In this document: positions 59,975 to 64,000 of the stretch, piece after piece
How the letters are laid out: each line of letters starts with the position of its first letter
Position numbering within the stretch: position 1 is the first letter of the stretch
Source of the DNA: an uncultured Desulfatitalea sp.
GTDB lineage: Bacteria > Desulfobacterota > Desulfobacteria > Desulfobacterales > Desulfosarcinaceae
Direction: 5' to 3'
Assembly: GCA_963668675.2 (NCBI GenBank)
Contig: CAXXMB010000002.1
Location: forward strand, 672,001 to 736,000
DNA length: 64,000 nucleotides
The notes under the pieces: generated by a model
The model's database searches: none
Told to the model about the DNA's origin: nothing
Seen by the model: the letters and a program-made list of their open reading frames with translations, nothing else
Made by a program: the position numbers and the translations under genes

Positions 59975-61288
59975 CTAACCTGTTTCCAGATCTCGGACAC
60001 CTTGCAAAACGGTATCGAAGAGCTCTTGAATTTGGTCTTCATCCACACAGGAGAAAGCGACGCGCAGATCGAACTTGCCGAGGGCAATCAGACCGACGCC
60101 ATAGCGGTCCAGCAGGTGCACCCGCAACGGTTCGGCCTCGACCGTTTTAAGTTTTAGGCACATGAAGTAGCCCGAATTGAACGGATAGGCCTCCCAAGCC
60201 GCCGCGTACTTTTCATCCGCAAGCACGGCCTTGACCCGCACGGCGCGGGCCTTGAGAGTTTCGAACTTCTCCAACATCTCACCCTGGATACGCGGATCCT
60301 GCATGGCGTTGAGCAGCAGGGTCTGTCCCAGGTGGGAAGCGTTGGAGATATTGCCGCGAACGCAACCGGCCGTTTTGCGCTCCAACGCATCATAGATGGG
60401 CATCGGATCACCATCGCATAGAATCCCATAGGTGATGAATCCAATGCGCAGCCCCCATACGAAATACTCTTTGGTGGCCCCATCCAGTTTTACAGCAACC
60501 AGATTGGCGTGCCGGCCGCTCAGCTTTGCAAAAAGGGACTCCTTCTGAATCTTCTCCTCGAAAAACAGACCGAAATAGGCATCGTCCGTCACCGCCAGCA
60601 GCTGGGTGCCCTTCTCTGCAGCACGCTCCAGAATGTCGGCAATGGCTTCGGCCTCCTCTTCGGTGACCGTGTATCCGGTCGGATTTTGCGGGAAGTTCAA
60701 CAGCACCACAAGCTTTTGGTTCGACGCGGCCTCTTTGGCGATAGCCGCTTCGAAAGCCACCAGATTGAACCCACCCTCTGCGTTAAACAGCTCATATTGG
60801 CTCAACCGGGCACCCTTGCGCACGTTGAAGATCATGTTGTAGTTGCCCCACATCATGTCCGGAAGCAAGATGACATCGCCCGGATCGACCCACACATCGG
60901 CAAAGATGCTGATGGCGTGCGTAATACCGCAGGTCACCACCGGCATGCTGATCGGCCGACCTGCCAGAGATGGATTTTTCCGCCCCAGATCTTCCTGCCA
61001 CCTTTTGCGCAGGGCGGGCAGGCCGAAAGAGGGTGCATAGGTCAGCGCCTCGCTCGCAGGAATGTCGCCGATGGGATCCATGATACTTCGAAAGCACATG
61101 GTGTCACCAGACTCCTTGGCAATCCCGATGGTCGCATTGATGCGATGTGCCTTCTCTTTCGCTTCGGCACTTTGGCTCAAGATGCCTTTTGGGAAAAAAA
61201 GCTGCCGGCCCACACTGGATAGCATGCGCCAGACCGGATCGCTACCCTTGGCGATGACCTGGTTGAGTTCCTCGGCAAGCGGATTCAT
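59975..61288 (-). CDS. PLP-dependent aminotransferase class I/II
   Basis: NFPQNPTG, DDAYFG, DGATKEYFVWGLRIG; probable start MNPLA. Confidence 0.9.
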   Translation of the reverse strand: MNPLAEELNQVIAKGSDPVWRMLSSVGRQLFFPKGILSQSAEAKEKAHRINATIGIAKESGDTMCFRSIMDPIGDIPASEALTYAPSFGLPALRKRWQEDLGRKNPSLAGRPISMPVVTCGITHAISIFADVWVDPGDVILLPDMMWGNYNMIFNVRKGARLSQYELFNAEGGFNLVAFEAAIAKEAASNQKLVVLLNFPQNPTGYTVTEEEAEAIADILERAAEKGTQLLAVTDDAYFGLFFEEKIQKESLFAKLSGRHANLVAVKLDGATKEYFVWGLRIGFITYGILCDGDPMPIYDALERKTAGCVRGNISNASHLGQTLLLNAMQDPRIQGEMLEKFETLKARAVRVKAVLADEKYAAAWEAYPFNSGYFMCLKLKTVEAEPLRVHLLDRYGVGLIALGKFDLRVAFSCVDEDQIQELFDTVLQGVRDLETG

Positions 61289-61600
61289 AACATTATTACT
61301 CCCGGCGACTTTGGTGTTCGGCCGCACAACAGGCAGACCGTCAAAATCGCAAAATGATGGTCAAAACGGTGCGGTGGCAATTTGGGCCAAAGTGATAGGG
61401 AAACCAAGGTGGCCGTCATCAGCGGTCTGCCGATCACATGGCACGGTAAATATCGTGGCTTCTCATTACAGGCCTATCCACACACCTGTCAAGAGCAAAG
61501 CACGGTTCTATCTGTCCAACATAACGGCTAAAAAAGCCTGTTGATCATCCGAAGAGTCAAGGGGCAGGTCGGTAAGGACGGGGCACGCAGTGCGCCAAGC

Positions 61601-61634
61601 GAAAACCCCGCCCCTCTTTAAAGGGCGGGGTTTT
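61601..61634 (-). terminator. Intrinsic terminator
   Basis: GAAAACCCCGCCC-ctctttaaa-GGGCGGGGTTTTC after stop 61655. Confidence 0.8.
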
Positions 61635-61654
61635 CCAGTTGCGTGGCCGCAACG

Positions 61655-61933
61655 TTAGCGACTTCCACGTTTGGATGCTTTTAGTGGATTAATTTTGGCT
61701 TTGGCCGTAACCACGTTGGTAGAGACGTGGGTTGCCATGTTGCAGTTACCCTTTTTCCATTTGATCGCAGGCTCGGGGCAAGCGCTGCAGTACCAACCGG
61801 AGCTAAGCTCGGTGGCACGATTGCAGCCCTGGCACGCTTCGACGATCTCATGGCAAAGTCCACCGTTGTAGCCGCATCCCTTAGCGGTCATAAATGCACA
61901 CTCGGAACCTTTACGAATGGTATCACAAATCAT
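61655..61933 (-). CDS. PxxKW-family cysteine-rich protein
   Basis: Multiple Cys, PAIKW, CNMATH, KINPLKASKR. Confidence 0.85.
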   Translation of the reverse strand: MICDTIRKGSECAFMTAKGCGYNGGLCHEIVEACQGCNRATELSSGWYCSACPEPAIKWKKGNCNMATHVSTNVVTAKAKINPLKASKRGSR

Positions 61934-62188
61934 AACAATCACCTCATTTATACAAATTTTGACACAAAAAAGCCGGATACGCGCTCATCCGGCTCTTTTT
62001 CCAGAATTACGTCCGCCTGCCCTATAGACAAGCGCAACGTCATTGTCAAGCGCTATTGTAGTCTCGGCAACGGTTTTAGGCCAATGGGCAACACCGGCTT
62101 GGACCTGCGAGCTGGTGAGGGCAACCTCCCTGGTTATCGTCACCGGGGCCACAACCATTAGAAAAAACGCTGCCGCATTCAACAATGA

Positions 62189-63013
62189 CTAAGCGTCATG
62201 GTTGAAAACATGCACATCGCGCTGGGGGAAAGGAATCGAGATGCCATTGGCATCAAACGCCTTTTTCACACTTTCATTCGTATCAAAATGGACCGACCAA
62301 TAATCAGCAGCATTGACCCAGGGGCGCACGACAAAATTGACGCTGCTGTCGGCCAGCTCCACCAAGGCCACCTGGGGTGCGGGATCCTTGAGGATGCGGC
62401 CATCTTTCGACAACACCTCTTTGATCGTGGATTTTGCCTTGTCGATATCATCACCGTAGCCGATGCCGAACACCATATCGACGCGTCTCGTACCCTTCAC
62501 TGTCCAGTTGACGATATTGTCGCTGGTCAGTTTGGCGTTGGGAATAATCACTGTTTTATTGTCGGGTGTCTTGAGTGTGGTGGTAAAAATCTGAATCTCT
62601 TCCACCGTCCCCGCGACGCCGCCCCCTTCGATATAATCCCCAACACGGAAAGGTTTGAAGATGATCATCAAAAATCCGGCTGCGAAATTGGCCAGCGACC
62701 CCTGTAACGCAAGACCGATGGCCAAACCGGCGGCACCCAGGACGGCAATGAAAGAGGTGGTCTGAATGCCGAGCTGGCTCAGTGCGGCCAGCACCACGAA
62801 CGCCAATAGGGCGATATAGACCATACCTCCAACAAACTTGCGAAGGGTCTCGTCCACCTTAGCCTTGCGCATCATCCGCCTTACCAGGTTGCTCACAATT
62901 TTGGCAATCCAGCGACCGATGACGAATATGGCAATCGCCGCAATGACTTTAATGCCGTAAATGGTCACCAATTCCCATATTTTTTGAACGACCTGGTCGA
63001 TATTCATCTCCAT
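62189..63013 (-). CDS. mscS: Small-conductance mechanosensitive channel
   Basis: GAAGLAIGLALQGSLANFAAG, KPFRVGD, IPFPQRDVH. Confidence 0.93.
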   Translation of the reverse strand: MEMNIDQVVQKIWELVTIYGIKVIAAIAIFVIGRWIAKIVSNLVRRMMRKAKVDETLRKFVGGMVYIALLAFVVLAALSQLGIQTTSFIAVLGAAGLAIGLALQGSLANFAAGFLMIIFKPFRVGDYIEGGGVAGTVEEIQIFTTTLKTPDNKTVIIPNAKLTSDNIVNWTVKGTRRVDMVFGIGYGDDIDKAKSTIKEVLSKDGRILKDPAPQVALVELADSSVNFVVRPWVNAADYWSVHFDTNESVKKAFDANGISIPFPQRDVHVFNHDA

Positions 63014-63482
63014 TTACTCCTCCTCTCGTTTTGGGTATTATCTGGTAACAATTAAGTTTTGGGTTGGATGGCACAGGGCTGAATCTCAGAAATAACGCTC
63101 AGGTCAGATAGGATTCAGCTCAAACTGAAGTACGCCAATATAAAAACCAATAACAAAGTGTCAAGCTAACCACCTAGCTTTCCTCTTCATAACGCCTGCG
63201 CGAATCCAACGGGCTTGATCTGATCGCCCCCGTTGCCGATGCACTTGCATACAACCGGTCTCTGACATATTGTAGGAGCCAAGCCAGCCTGACAGAAATC
63301 CCGAGCTGTCGTTGCAAAAAACCCGGTGCTGATATAAATCGGGCATACCGGACAGCACTGGTGGGAGCGCCATCGCCAGCCCTCAAAGGCAATGGTTGGG
63401 GCGAATAGAAGAGAATTCAAGAGAGGAGCGAAAGCGCGCACTTTCGCATCGAAACAGGTCCCCTATGAATGACAGGAAAGAG

Positions 63483-64000
63483 ATGCAGTATATACTCGAC
63501 GAAGCAGCGTCAGTTCTCGAACTGGAATCCCATAGTATTTTGCAGATGAGCCGTCGGCTGGATGAGAATTTCATCCAAATGGTGGAGATGATATTCAAAT
63601 CTTCGGGCCGGGTCATCATTGCCGGTATTGGCAAATCGGGTATCATCGCCCGAAAGATAGTGGCAACGCTCAACAGCACCGGCACGCGCGCCCTGTTCCT
63701 CCACCCGGTCGAAGCCATGCACGGCGACTTGGGCATGGTCAGTCCCGACGATGTCTTCATCGCCCTCTCCTCCAGTGGAGAGACGGACGAATTAAACATG
63801 CTGCTTCCCCGCATCCGGTCCGAAGGGTGCCCGATTATCGCCTTTACCGGCAATGCACACTCGTTCCTGGCCGGACACAGCGATCTCATTATCGATGTGG
63901 CGGTAGAAAAAGAGGCGTGCCCCCTGGGACTGGCACCGACCAGTTCGACCACGGCAATGATGGCCATGGGCGATGCCCTGGCGGTGGTGCTGATCAACCG
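63483..64000 (+). CDS. kdsD: KpsF/GutQ-family arabinose-5-phosphate isomerase (5' part; runs off window end)
   Basis: Not in ORF track; manual translation GIGKSGIIARKIVATLNSTGT..HPVEAMHGDLG..EACPLGLAPTSST; alternative start 63465. Confidence 0.92.
   Translation, partial: MQYILDEAASVLELESHSILQMSRRLDENFIQMVEMIFKSSGRVIIAGIGKSGIIARKIVATLNSTGTRALFLHPVEAMHGDLGMVSPDDVFIALSSSGETDELNMLLPRIRSEGCPIIAFTGNAHSFLAGHSDLIIDVAVEKEACPLGLAPTSSTTAMMAMGDALAVVLIN

Noticed and set aside
63020..63460. Small ORFs or ncRNA between mscS and kdsD
   Set aside because: Overlapping short ORFs without RBS or motifs; no convincing structure seen
1..64000. tRNA, rRNA, prophage or integrase genes
   Set aside because: None recognised by eye; a covariance-model scan would be needed to exclude small RNAs

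Overview
GC-rich bacterial chromosome segment; gene content suggests a sulfate-reducing Desulfobacterales-like organism (inference). Housekeeping genes include fhs (partial), an ABC exporter pair, an RNB ribonuclease, arfB, a porin, amt, hisE-hisG, argJ, truA, a ClC channel, mscS and kdsD (partial). The main candidate novel system is a sigma-54-type, five-gene DUF11 operon (32238-43385). Its proteins carry N-terminal 'GTxIxNTA' strands and C-terminally truncated DUF11 domains in a strictly polar pattern. This suggests a sortase-free pilus built by donor-strand complementation and isopeptide bonds, with a lectin tip, a catalytically dead cap/chaperone and a giant OmpA/beta-barrel platform. Other highlights: (i) a complete IS1111-type IS110 element whose downstream non-coding RNA carries guide segments matching its insertion site in a 9-bp minisatellite; (ii) a KamA + two ATP-grasp + GNAT-deacetylase-GNAT operon of unknown product; (iii) a hidden UGA-containing dual-CxxC small selenoprotein missed by the ORF track; (iv) an actinobacterial-type hisEG pair; (v) several families of palindromic intergenic repeats. 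All assignments come from reading motifs by eye; no searches were run.
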